Source of the DNA: an uncultured Actinomycetes bacterium | GTDB taxonomy: Bacteria > Actinomycetota > Thermoleophilia > Gaiellales > Gaiellaceae | Direction of reading: 5' to 3' | Length of the DNA: 64,000 bases | Assembly (NCBI GenBank): GCA_963825795.1 | Contig: CAWGVD010000046.1 | Location: 91,329 to 155,328, forward strand | Program-made: the position numbers and the translations under genes | The notes under the pieces: model-generated | Told to the model about the DNA's origin: nothing | Database searches by the model: none | The model's input: only the letters and a program-made list of their open reading frames with translations | Part shown: piece by piece, positions 39,551 to 50,075 of the stretch | Numbering within the stretch: the first letter of the stretch is position 1 | How the letters are laid out: each line of letters opens with the position of its first letter

Positions 39551-41724
39551 CTATGGCTGCGGAGGCGGCGGTGGCGGCTCGGCCGGTGGCGGCTCGGCCG
39601 GAGGCGGCGGGTGCTGGACGGGCGGCGGCGGAGTCGCGTGCGTGGGCGGAGGACCGGCCGGAGGCTGTGGGCTGGTCGGCGGCGGCTGCGCGGCCGGAGG
39701 CTGGTAGTAGTACGAGCTCGGCGGCGGCGGGCCTCCGTAGCTGCCCGGCGTCCACGAGTGCCAGATCGGCTCGGAGAGCGCCGTCGGGAACTCGCGCACC
39801 GGAGTCGGCCCGATCGCCTCGTCCATGAAGAGCTTCCAGATCGTGGCCGGGAACGTCCCGCCCGCGACCGCGATCCCGTGCACGTTCTCCATCGGAATCT
39901 CCGCCTGCGGATAGCCGACCCAGACCGCGGCCGTCAGCGTCGGCGTGATCCCGTCGAACCAGGCGTCAGCGTGATTCTCGGTCGTCCCCGTCTTCCCGCC
40001 TGCGGGCCGGCCGATGTTCGCGCCGACGCCGGTCCCGGCCTGGATGTTCTCCTCGAGGATCTTCGTCACCTCGGCCGCGACCCAGTCCGCGATCACGCGA
40101 TGGCGTTTCGGCCTGCCCCAGTTCCTGTCTTCGCCCCCACCGGCGAAGGCGACCTTGGTGATCGCCATCGGCTCGGAGTAGATGCCCCCGGCGGCGAGCG
40201 TGGCGTACGCCGAGGCCATGTCGAGCGGTGAGACGCCGATCGAGCCGAGGCCGAGCGACGGCACGTACGCCCCTTCCCTCGTCTTCAGCGACGAACGGAT
40301 GCCCATCCTGTTCGCCATCGCGGCCACCTTCTCCGCACCGAGATCGAGCGTCAGGCGCGCGTAGACGGTGTTGTCCGAGAGCAGCGTCGCGTGCGTGATC
40401 GACGTCGAGCCGACGTACGTGTGCGAGTAGGTCGAGACGTCCCAGGGCTGCACTGTTCGGGTCCGGCTGGTAGTGGAGCGGCGCAGACACGTACGTCGTC
40501 GTGTCGGGGTCGATGCCCTGGGAGACGGCCTGGGTCAGGACGAAGGTCTTGAACGTCGAGCCGGCCTGGCGGCGTGCCTGTGCAGCGAGGTTGAACTGGT
40601 TTCCGGCCCGTCCGGGAGTGACCGCCGTCATCGTCTTGATCGCCCCCGTGCGCGGGTCGATGGCCACGAGCGCCGAAGCCGGGTCGGTGTCGTAGTAGAG
40701 CGTGTCCTTGATCGCCTTCGTCGCTGCGCGCTGCATGCGCGGGTCGATCGTCGTGTACACCTTGAGCCCACCCGAGCGGACCGTCGCCACGCCGTACTTC
40801 TTGATCAGCTCGTCGCGGACGTAGCTGAAGAAGTAGGGCTCGCGGATCCGGCTGTAGATCCTCCCCGGGCGCAGGTGGAGGTCGGTGACCTTGATGCCGT
40901 CCTGGTAGTTGCCGTAGCTGATCTGGCCGTTGTCGTACAGCGCCTTCAGCACGTCGTTCCGCCGCTTGATGGCGCGCTCGGGGTCCTTGAACGGGTCGTA
41001 GATCGACGGCGCCTGCGGCAGCCCCGCGAGGAGAGCCGACTGCAGGAGCGAGAGCTTGCTCGCGCGGCGCGAGAAGTACGTCTGCGCGGCGGCCTCGACG
41101 CCGTAGGCGTGGTTGCCGTAGTAGACCGGTGTTCATGTAGTTGGCGAGGATCCAGTTCTTCCCGTGCTTGTCGCTGAGCTTGATGGCGAGGCAGGCCTCG
41201 ACGAGCTTGCGGTGCAGCGTGCGCTCCTGGTGGCGGATGTAGAGGTTGCGGACGAGCTGCTGCGTGATCGTGGAACCGCCCTCGACCGTGCGGCCGGCAC
41301 GGACGTCGTTGTAGGCCGCGCGCGCGATGCCCTGGAAGTCGATGCCGCCGTGCTGGTAGAAGCGCCTGTCCTCGATTGCGACCGTCGCCTTGCCCATCCA
41401 GGGGCTCATCTCGCTCAGGCTCACGGGCTGACGGTTCTTCTCGGCGGGAATCGAGCCGAGCAGGGTGTCGTCGGATGCGTAGACGAACGAGTTGGAGCCG
41501 ATCGTCGCCGGCCGGAGGTCCTGCAGATTGCAGTCGGCCTGGATCGAGCGCGCGCCGCTGAAGCCGACCGTGGCGAACACGGCGAGGATCCCGAGGAGCA
41601 CGACCAGAAGGGCGCCGAGCTTGCGGCGTCGTCGTGCTCGCCGGCCGTTCCGGCGCTGGCGCCGATGGTTCGGCACGTACGGCCGCGCGCGGCCGGGTCG
41701 ACCGTTGCCGGGCGGCGGGCTCAC
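39551..41724 (-). CDS. ponA: class A penicillin-binding protein (GT51 transglycosylase + transpeptidase), at least 2 frameshifts, Pro-rich C-terminal tail
   Basis: GT51 motifs (EDRRFYQHGGID, GGSTITQQL). Transpeptidase STFK, SxN-like and KTGT motifs lie in two further frames. Confidence 0.75.
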
Positions 41725-42443
41725 AGCAGGCTCTGCTCGCGCAACCGGCGTGCGACACGCCGGCGCAGGTCGCTCTGCACGCTTTCGAGCCCGGAGGCGT
41801 CAGGCGCCCACGAGCGAACCGTGACCGTCGCGGTCCCGTTGAGCCCCGTGACGAGCACGTCAGCGCGGGGATCGCCGGCTGTCTCGCTCTTCAGCAGGTC
41901 GACCACCGCATCGAGATCCTTGTCGAGCGGTACCTGGATCGACACCTGAGCGAGCTTCTCCCGACTGACGATGGTGGAGTTCAGAATCGTATCCGAGGCC
42001 AGCTTCTCGTTCGGGATCACGAGGCGCTCGTTGTCGTGCGTCTTGATGAACGTGTACGTGAGCCCGATCTCCTCGACGACGCCCTGGACGTCGTCGACCG
42101 TGACCGTGTCCCCGAGGCGCAGCGGCTGGGTGAACGCGATCACGATGCCGGCGACGAAGTTCGCCAGCGGGCGCTGGGCGGCGAGGCCGATGACGAGGCC
42201 GACGATGGCGGACGAGGCCAGGAGGCCTGCTGCGACTGCGCGGACCTGCGGGACGACGAGGAGCGCGGAGAGGACTCCGACGAAGATGATCGCCGTCATC
42301 AGGCTGCGGCGCAGGACCCCGTAGCGCGTCGCGGCGGCCGCGGGCAGCTCGCGCTTGGACATGCGCCAGTCGACGATCTTCGCGAGGACGATCGCGCCGA
42401 CGACGATCACGGTCACGAACAGCCAGCGTTCCCAGATCTCCAT
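41721..42443 (-). CDS. mscS: small-conductance mechanosensitive channel
   Basis: 240 aa. 3 TM helices plus an MscS beta-domain. Confidence 0.8.
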   Translation of the reverse strand: MEIWERWLFVTVIVVGAIVLAKIVDWRMSKRELPAAAATRYGVLRRSLMTAIIFVGVLSALLVVPQVRAVAAGLLASSAIVGLVIGLAAQRPLANFVAGIVIAFTQPLRLGDTVTVDDVQGVVEEIGLTYTFIKTHDNERLVIPNEKLASDTILNSTIVSREKLAQVSIQVPLDKDLDAVVDLLKSETAGDPRADVLVTGLNGTATVTVRSWAPDASGLESVQSDLRRRVARRLREQSLL

Positions 42444-42617
42444 GGGCGCTCTATTCGACGGGCAGGCGGGCGATCCTCAGCGGCCGGGGCCTCGTGCGTG
42501 AGTTGGCGCTGAATCGGCACATCGGCGCCGCAGATTCGGCGATACGCTCGCAGCGGGTGGCGGGTGGAACTTCTACTTCCCCACCCGGGTGGGGGCGTGG
42601 GGGTTTGCTACGGCCGG

Positions 42618-43010
42618 CTAGAGAGGCTTGCGGCCCGAGAAGCCCTCGTCCAGGCCGTGCCAGAAGCCGATCTCGTCCTCGCCCAGGCGCCAGCAGAGCA
42701 GCACATCGCGCCCGTCGCGGGTCGCGGGGAAGTCGACGAGGCCGTCGTCGAGGTCCTTCACCAGTGCGCCCACCTCGTGGATCCGCGCGACACACCGGGC
42801 GATGCCGGCGACCTCCTCGTCGAGCTGCGCCTGCACCTCCTCCAGCTCGTGCGGCTCGACGTTTCCGCCGTTGCCCGCGATCCGCGCCGTCACCGCCGAC
42901 TGCCGCTCCTGGAGCTCGACGAGCGCGCGCCGGTGCCCGACCAGCTCCTCCGTGAGCGGACGCACCTCCAGGAGCGCCTCGTTCGCCTCCTCAACCGTGA
43001 AGTACCGCTG
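42618..43010 (-). CDS. DUF2203-family protein
   Basis: RYFTVEEANEALLEVRPL conserved N-terminus. Confidence 0.45.
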   Translation of the reverse strand, partial: QRYFTVEEANEALLEVRPLTEELVGHRRALVELQERQSAVTARIAGNGGNVEPHELEEVQAQLDEEVAGIARCVARIHEVGALVKDLDDGLVDFPATRDGRDVLLCWRLGEDEIGFWHGLDEGFSGRKPL

Positions 43011-43036
43011 CTCCACGCCCGTATGATCCGGCCGTT

Positions 43037-44288
43037 GTGAGCGCGGGTCAACGGCTTCGGGAGCCACGCGCCGAGGCGAGCGACCTGCCCGCTCGCGTCG
43101 CCACGCGCAATCCGGCTGTCGAGATCTTCATCTGGAGCCGCCTGGCGATCTGGCTGGCGGCGCTCTTCGCGTTGTTCGCCTTCGAGCCGAGCCGAAACCC
43201 CGACGCAGCCCGCTGGGACGATCCCACCGTCACGCACGATCTCGGTGCAGTCACCGACGTCTGGGCGCGCTGGGACAGCGTCTGGTTCCTTCGGATCGCC
43301 GAGCACGGCTACGAGCACCTCTCCAGCTCGGCCACGGCCTTCTTCCCGCTCTACCCGGCGGCCGTCGGCCTGCTCGGACGAGTCCTGCTCGGCCACTACG
43401 TGCTCGCCGGGATCGTCGTCTCGCTGGCGACGGGCCTTGCGACGTTCGTGCTCCTCTACCGCCTCGCCGAGGACAAGATCGGAGCCGACGGCGCACGTCG
43501 GGCGGTGCTCTACCTCGCGCTGTTCCCGATGGCGCTCTTCCTCCAGGCCGTCTACAGCGAGTCGCTCTACCTCATGCTCACGGTCGTCGCGTTCCTGGCC
43601 GCAGAACGACGGCGCTTCCTCGGAGCAGGGCTCGCGTGCGGGCTCGCTCTGCTCACACGCCCGGTTGCCGTCGCGCTGCTCCCGGCGCTCGCGATCTTCG
43701 CGTGGCGCTCCGCTCGACCGCGGAGGAACCTCGCCCAGCTTGCGGTCGCACCGCTCGTTTTCGCCGCGTACCCGCTCCTGCTCTGGGCCCAGCGAGGCGA
43801 TCCCTGGACGTTCCTGCACGCCGAGGGGTACTGGTCGCGCAAGCTCTCGCCGGCCGGGCCGCTCGGAGGCGTCTGGGACGGCCTGCGGGCCGGCTGGGCG
43901 GGCATCCGCCAGGTCGCATCGGGCTCACACGTGCACTCGTATTGGCCCGAGGTCCAGGGAACCGGATCCGATGCGGGTCGCCGCGGTCAACCTCGAGTGC
44001 CTCGCAGCACTCGGTCTCTTCACGCTCCTGGCGATCGTCGCCTGGCGCCGCTTCGGCGCTCCCTACGGGCTCTTCTCGGCACTGAGCCTCGCGATCCCGC
44101 TCAGCATGCCGAGCGACCGTTGGCCGCTTCTCTCACTGCCTCGCCTCGGGCTCGGAATCTTCCCGCTCTTCCTCGCCCTGGCCGTAATCGGCGGCCGGCC
44201 GCGCGTCCACACGGCAATCGTCTCGGTCAGCGCGCTCTTCCTCGGCGTGGCAATCGTCCAGTGGGCCCTCTGGCAATGGGTCGCGTGA
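43037..44288 (+). CDS. PIG-V-like (GT76) mannosyltransferase family membrane protein, frameshift near 43965
   Basis: WDSVWFLRIAEHGY motif. Multi-TM. C-terminus continues in the 43245..44288 frame. Confidence 0.45.
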
Positions 44289-44298
44289 CCCGCTCCGC

Positions 44299-44946
44299 AT
44301 GAACTGGCGCCTCGGCGGCTGGTGCGCGCTCATCGTCTTCATGTCGGCGGTCGCGTACGCATCCCGATTCACGAGCGGCACGCCGCCCAACGACGTGGCC
44401 TACAAGTGGAGCTCGAGCATCCTCGGGCTCATCCAGTACGGGGTGATCCTCGGGATCCTCTACCTGATCACGCTCGGGCTCGATCGCCGGCGTTTCCTCG
44501 CCTTCCGGCGACCGACGTCGTGGAAGCGAGCGGCCGGAATCGCGGTTCTCATCCTGATCGCCGTCTTCGTCGTCGGCGGAATCGTCGACCAGTTCGGGAA
44601 CCCCCAGAAAGAGCAAGGCCTGATCCCGCAGAACTGGGACTCGAGCAAGATCGCCCCGTTCGCGGCCTTCGCCTTCGTCGTCATAGTCGTCGCGCCGATC
44701 GTCGAGGAGCTCCAGTTCCGCGGCGTCGGCTACGGACTCCTCGAGCGGTTCGGACCGACCGCCGCGGTTCTGCTCGTCGGGCTCGCGTTCGCGCTCGTCC
44801 ACGGGCTGATCGCGGGCTTCCCGGTCATCCTGGTGTTCGGGACCGGCCTCGCCTACCTCCGCTCGAGGACGGACAGCATCTACCCGTGCATGCTGCTCCA
44901 CGCGTCCTTCAACGCCTTCGGGCTGATCGTCGGGATCGCGAGCTAG
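44299..44946 (+). CDS. CPBP-family intramembrane metalloprotease (CAAX protease/Abi)
   Basis: EELQFRG and FALVH motifs. Confidence 0.75.
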   Translation: MNWRLGGWCALIVFMSAVAYASRFTSGTPPNDVAYKWSSSILGLIQYGVILGILYLITLGLDRRRFLAFRRPTSWKRAAGIAVLILIAVFVVGGIVDQFGNPQKEQGLIPQNWDSSKIAPFAAFAFVVIVVAPIVEELQFRGVGYGLLERFGPTAAVLLVGLAFALVHGLIAGFPVILVFGTGLAYLRSRTDSIYPCMLLHASFNAFGLIVGIAS

Positions 44947-44955
44947 CCTTTTGGC

Positions 44956-46302
44956 AATGCGGCGCATCGCCCCAGTCTGTCGCCGTCTTCTTCGTCTGGG
45001 CCGCGCCCGCGCACGCGAAGCCGATCGTCAACGTGCAGGCGAGCGCGACGCTCGGAGCCGCGCCGCTCACGGTGACATTGACGGCGAGCGGGGACTCCGC
45101 GACGTACCACTGGGATCTCGGTGACGGCTCCGTCGCCGACGGGCCGGTCGTGCAGCACCAGTACGGGCCGGGACGATTCACGGCGACGGTGACCGCGACG
45201 GATGCGGGCGGCGAGACCGCCCAGGCGAGCGTCGTCATCACGTCCGCTCAGCTCTCGCTCAACGGCCCGAAGGTCGGCACGTACGGGCGCCGATCGGCTT
45301 TCCGCGGACGAATGGTCCCGGCCCTCAAAGGGGCCCCGATCACGCTCTATTCGGGCGATTCGCCCGTGCGCACGACCAAGCTGGACAAGAAGGGGCGGTT
45401 CGCCGTCCGCGTGCGCCAGAGCGCTCCCGCCACCTACACGGCCCGCTTCGAGACGGTCCCGTCGAACCCGGTCGCCGTCGCGGTTCGCCCGGGGCTGGAC
45501 GTCGCCGTGCCCCACTCGGGAATGCTCGGCCGGCCGCTCGTCGTTCGCGCCGTCCTCAGGCCGAGGAGCTCGGGGACGCTGCACGTGCGCGTCTGGAGGT
45601 CGGGCCACGAGCTGCCCACGAAGGACTTCGGCGGCCGCGCGGTCGTCCACCTGAGCACGAAACGCATCGCGAGCTACGTCGTCCGCATCACCGCGACCCC
45701 GACCGGCGCCTTCGTCGGCCGCGCAGAAGACGGTCCGCACGAACGTCTTCCTGCCCTACCTCGCAGATGGCGCTCACGGGCCGAGCGTGCGCATCCTCGA
45801 GCGCCGGCTCGCCCAGCTCCACTACCTGCTGCGCGGGGTCGACAGCTTCTACTCGTACGACACCGCCGACGCGGTGCTCGCCTTCCAGAAGGTGAACGGC
45901 CTGGCGCGGACCGGTCGCGTCACGCCGAGCGTCTGGCGCCGGCTCCAGACCGCGCACGCGCCGCGGCCGCGGTACCGCTACGGGCACCACATCGAGGTCG
46001 ACAAGTCGAAGCAGGTGCTGTTCGAGGTCAACCACGGACGCGTCGTCCGGGTCGTGCACGTGTCGACCGGCGCGACGGGCAACACGCCGGTCGGCCTCTG
46101 GCACATCTACAGCAAGGTCCCGGGAACGCTCCCGACTGGGATGTTCGACTCGAACTTCTTCCTGCGCGGCTTCGCGATCCACGGCTACCCGTCCGTGCCC
46201 ACGTATCCCGCCTCCCACGGCTGCGTCCGCACGCCGATCTGGGCGGCGCCGATCCTCTTCGCCTCGAGCTACTACGGCGAGCCGATTTACATCTACTACT
46301 AG
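44956..46302 (+). CDS. secreted PKD-domain + L,D-transpeptidase (YkuD) protein, frameshifts near 44975 and 45750
   Basis: Signal peptide MRRIAP/SVAVFFVWAAPAHA-KP is split by a 1-nt shift. PKD motif WDLGDGS. Catalytic SHGCVR. Confidence 0.6.
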
Positions 46303-46733
46303 CGTCGCCGCGCTGCTGGGCGGGCTCCTGGCCGCGGCTGTCCTCGTCGTCCTGCTGGTACCGCACGGGAAGAGCCATCCGGTCGCCTGGCGCGATGCCT
46401 CGGCGCAGGTCGCACCGGTGCTGACCTCGGACTTGACGCAAGCGCCTGTTCCGAACGCCCGCCCAGTTCGCGGAGTTCTTCGGCTCGGGCAAGCAGGCAC
46501 CGGTCGACTTCTCGACCCGCCAGCTCCTGCTCGTCTCGCCGGGCCCGCGCTCGAGCACCGGCTACTCGGTGCGGATCCTGAGCGTGACCGAGCGGGACGA
46601 CGCGATCACGGTCAAGGTGCGCGAGCGGACGCCGACGCTGGCCGACCACGTCGAGGCGCGGGTCACCTACCCGTACCGGCTGCTCAGCCTGCCCGCGGGC
46701 AAGGCCGTCTACGTCGACTGGGCCGGCCGCTGA
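46300..46733 (+). CDS. small TM-anchored protein, frameshifted
   Basis: TM N-terminus (AALLGGLLAAAVLVVLLV). The conserved-looking C-terminus (QFAEFFGSGKQAPVDFSTRQLLLVSPGPRSSTGYSVRILSV...AVYVDWAGR) is in another frame. Confidence 0.3.
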
Positions 46734-47272
46734 CCGACGTGCCGCTCTGAAACGAGCCGCTGGTCTACGCTCGGCTCTAGCTCTTCTTCGCCGACCGCGA
46801 ACTGGTCGGGCGAGACGTCGTCGAGGAAGCGCTTGAACTCGTCGATCATCTCCTCCTCGTTCACCTCTTCGCCCTCGAACTCGATCGCCGACTCCTCGAT
46901 CACGTCGTCGGCGGCGAAGATCGGCGCCTCGGCCCGGACGGCGAGCGCGATCGCGTCGGACGGCCGCGAGTCGATCTCGACCTCGGAGCCGTTCTGCTGC
47001 ACGGTGATCGACGCGTAGAAGGTGCTCTCCTTGAGCTCGGTGACCGTGATGCGGATCACCTGCGCGTCGAGCTGCTCGAGCATGTCGGTGACGAGGTCGT
47101 GCGTCATCGGCCGCGGCGTCGAGGCGCCCTGGAGCTTCATCAGGATCGCGGCGGCCTCGGGGTGGCCGATCCAGATCGGGAGGAACCGGTTTCCGTCGGC
47201 CGTCTTCAGCAAGACGATGGGCTGCTTGCTGCCCAGGTCGAAACTGACCCCGTAGATGACCATTTCCTGCAT
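46709..47272 (-). CDS. bifunctional nuclease (DUF151/BFN) family protein
   Basis: 187 aa. FLPIWIG...PRPMTHDL motifs. Confidence 0.65.
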   Translation of the reverse strand: MQEMVIYGVSFDLGSKQPIVLLKTADGNRFLPIWIGHPEAAAILMKLQGASTPRPMTHDLVTDMLEQLDAQVIRITVTELKESTFYASITVQQNGSEVEIDSRPSDAIALAVRAEAPIFAADDVIEESAIEFEGEEVNEEEMIDEFKRFLDDVSPDQFAVGEEELEPSVDQRLVSERHVGQRPAQST

Positions 47273-47359
47273 GCCTGACCTCGATTCATCTTAGCGCCGG
47301 CCCCCGGCCCGTCCGTCCCCTCAAGGGGTATCCGCGGCGTGGCTAGAATCCGACGCCCC

Positions 47360-47433
47360 GGGCGATTAGCTCAGTTGGTTAGAGCGCCGCTCTGATAAGG
47401 CGGAGGTCCGTGGTTCGAATCCACGATCGCCCA
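47360..47433 (+). tRNA. tRNA-Ile (GAU)
   Basis: GGGCGATTAGCTCAGTTGGTTAGAGCGCCGCTCTGATAAGGCGGAGGTCCGTGGTTCGAATCCACGATCGCCCA with anticodon loop CTGATAA. Confidence 0.9.
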
Positions 47434-47699
47434 CTCTCCGCGCGGAGTCCGGCGCGCTCCGCGCGCCATGACGACTCTCGGAGCGCGGATTGGCGACTGC
47501 TGCGGGTAGGCATGGCGCAGCGACTTAGTGCAGGACCTGCGTGCGGTGCAGGTAGTCGTCCACCGTCAGCAGAAACGCCTCGTCCCGAGCGATCTCGCTC
47601 AGCGTTCCCTTCGTGAAGTCGTCCAGGTCCGGCGTCCCCGCCAGCTCGACGAGGAACGTCCCCAGCCGGCCCTCCTGGGACATCGCGGCCATGTGCGAG

Positions 47700-48656
47700 A
47701 AGATCTGTCCGCGCCTCGGCGTCCTGCGAGATCGCCTCCAGCGACTCGAGATCCTCGAGCCACTCGACGAACATCAGCGGGCCGCCGCTTCCAGGGCCTC
47801 GGCGAGCTCCTCGAGCTGAACCTCGCTCTCGACCGGGATCTCGAGCCCGCGCTGCACTGACCCGGACGCGGAACCCCGTCAGGCGCTCGGCTGCGATCTT
47901 GACGCGCTCCGCGAGCTGCGGATCGGCAGGTGGCCGCCGCCGGCGCTTCGTCGCAGCGCCCGACCAGCGCGCCTCGCGCTCCGCAGCGCGCACGGAGAGC
48001 CCCTGGCGAACGATCTTGCGCGCGAGCCGGCGCCTGCCCTCGTTGTCCGGCACCGCGAGCACCGCGCGCGCATGACCCTCGGTCAGCTCGCCGCGCTCGA
48101 CCATCGCGAGGATGTCGTCCGAGAGCTCGAGCAGGCGCAGACGGTTCGAGACGGCCGGCTTCGACGCGCCGACGCGCTCGGCGATGTCGCCCAGCGAGAG
48201 GTCGAACTCGTCGACGAGCACGGCGAAGGCGCGCGCCTCTTCGATCGGCGTCAGCTCCTCACGCGCGACGTTCTCGACGAGCCCGAGCAGGAGCGCGTCG
48301 CGATCGGCCGCGTCCCGGACGAGCGCGGGCAGCGTCTCCAGGTTCGCCTCGCGCGCCGCCCGCCAGCGCCGCTCGCCCGCGACGAGCTCGTAGCCCCCGG
48401 CGGCGCGTGGGCGCAGGACGACCGGCTGGATGATCCCCTGCGCCCGGATCGACTCCGCGAGCGCGAGAGTCGTCTCGTGCTCGAAGCGCTTCCGCGGCTG
48501 CTTCGGGTTCGGATGGATCTGGTCGATCGGGACGTGCGCCAGCTCGGCGCCGCCGGCGCCGCCGATCAGGACCTCGAGCCCGCGGCCCAGTCCTCGCCTT
48601 GCTGCGCTCTCGGTTGAACTCGGATTGAGTCGACCGGTCATTTCAGACGGAGGCAC
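47700..48656 (-). CDS. parB: chromosome partitioning protein ParB
   Basis: GLGRGL N-terminal box, the ParB-box/HTH region, and a C-terminal dimerisation region (LMFVEWLEDLESLEAI). The ORF continues open to 47379. An internal ATG at 48641 sits right after the parA stop. Confidence 0.8.
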
Positions 48657-48702
48657 GGGCTAAGCCCGTCCCTCCTGACACCGGCGCCGCAAGCGGCGCC
48701 TC
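48632..48702. repeat. 72-nt two-hairpin intergenic repeat, copy A (parA|parB junction)
   Basis: GACCGGTCATTTC...GGAGGcACGGGCtaaGCCCGTcCCTCC...GGCGCCGcaagCGGCGCC. About 90% identical to copy B at 55250..55320, with compensatory stem substitutions. Confidence 0.7.
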
Positions 48703-49467
48703 AGAGGAACGGTCGACAAGCTCCATCGCCACCTTCCAGTAGGCCTCCGCGCCGGCCGAGCGCGGGTCGTAGGTGATCACGGGCTCGCCGTGGCTCGGCG
48801 CCTCTGCGATCCGGACGGAGCGAGGGACGCGCGCGCGAAAGAGCAGCGGGCCGAAGTGGCGCTCGAGCTCCGCGGCCACGTCGGCGGACAGCTTCGTCCG
48901 CGCGTCGACCATCGTCAGGATCACTCCGGCGAGCGCGAGGCTGGGATTGAGCCGCGTCCGGATCGCGCCGAGCGAGGTGACGAGCTGCGAGAGGCCCTCG
49001 AGCGCGTAGTACTCGGCCTGCACCGGGACGAGCACGCGACTCGCGGCCGCGAGCGCGTTGACGGTGAGCGGGCCGAGCGAGGGCGGGCAGTCGACGAACA
49101 CGAATGCGTGCGTCTCCGTCGCCGGGGCGAGCGTCTCCGCGAGGAAGCGCTCGCCGTCGCCGCGGCGCGCAAGGTCCGCGGCCGTTCCGGCGAGGTCCGG
49201 CTTGGACGGGATCAGGTCGAGGTTCTCGAAGCGCGTCGGCCTCGCGAGCTCGCTCGGCGGGGCGCCGTCGAGCAGGTCGCAGCTGGACGTCCCGTTCGCC
49301 TGCTCGCCGAGCCCCGACGTCGCGTTCGCCTGCGGGTCGAGATCGACGAGCAGCACCCGTTCGCCCGCCTTCGCGAGGCAGGCTGCGAGGTTGACGGCAG
49401 TGGTCGTCTTGCCAACCCCGCCCTTCTGGTTGGCGACGGCGTAGATCCGCCCGGGCACGCAGCCCAT
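48643..49467 (-). CDS. parA: chromosome partitioning ATPase ParA/Soj
   Basis: KGGVGKTT deviant Walker A. The last ~20 aa (EAPLAAPVSGGTGLARASV) and the stop are encoded by repeat copy A. Confidence 0.85.
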   Translation of the reverse strand: MGCVPGRIYAVANQKGGVGKTTTAVNLAACLAKAGERVLLVDLDPQANATSGLGEQANGTSSCDLLDGAPPSELARPTRFENLDLIPSKPDLAGTAADLARRGDGERFLAETLAPATETHAFVFVDCPPSLGPLTVNALAAASRVLVPVQAEYYALEGLSQLVTSLGAIRTRLNPSLALAGVILTMVDARTKLSADVAAELERHFGPLLFRARVPRSVRIAEAPSHGEPVITYDPRSAGAEAYWKVAMELVDRSSEAPLAAPVSGGTGLARASV

Positions 49468-49472
49468 TCTGA

Positions 49473-50075
49473 TCAGGCGAGAGGACGTTTCCGGGCCAGG
49501 CCGGGCCGTCTCGGGAAACCCGCTGGAGTGGGGGCGATTTTGCGCGCAACGGCCAAACCGCCCCGCTCCTCCACGGTCGAGCCGCCGAGCTGTTCCGACA
49601 CCCGCGAGAGCGCGTCGAGGTCGGCGGACGGACCGAGCCAGAGCACGGCCGCGCCTCCCTCGCGAACGAGCGGCAGGACCCACTCCAGTGCGACCGCGGG
49701 CGGGGCGAGCGCCTTCGCGACCGCCACACCGAACCGATCCGTCTCGTGCTCCTCGGCGCGCGACCGAGTCACGGTCACGTTCGGGAAGTCCGCCGCTGCG
49801 CGCTCGAGGAACGCGGTCTTGCGCGCGTTCGAGTCGAGCAGCGTCACCTCGCGGTCGGGCAGGCTCGCCGCCAGGACGAGCCCCGGCGACCCGTTTCCCG
49901 AGCCCACGTCGACGATCGGCCCGTCGAAGCCGCGCACGACCTCGACTCCGCGCAGCGCATCGTCGACGAGCATCGCCCAGGCCTCGTCGCGATCCTCGAT
50001 CGCGGTCAGCCCGGGCGTGGCCAGAACCGCGTCGAGCCAAGCGCTCGAGCCGCGGATCCGTCAACCGGCGCGGCG
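49473..50075 (-). CDS. rsmG: 16S rRNA (guanine527-N7)-methyltransferase, frameshift near 50045
   Basis: VDVGSGNGSPGL motif. The N-terminus (LTAIEDRDEAWAMLVDDAL) and the extreme N-terminus (TDPRLERLA) lie in different frames. Confidence 0.7.

Noticed and set aside
39551-39720. Pro-rich PPPP/PPAE repeats at the PBP1A C-terminus as a possible repeat element or CRISPR-like array
   Set aside because: The repeats are in-frame coding low-complexity sequence. They have no spacer/repeat periodicity, are not palindromic, and no cas genes are nearby.
42451-42617. GC-rich hairpin CGGGTGG-N13-CCACCCG between mscS and the DUF2203 gene as a structured RNA
   Set aside because: It is a single short stem with no repeat elsewhere and no flanking conservation visible. 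It is most simply an intergenic terminator/attenuator-like hairpin, and there is not enough evidence for more.
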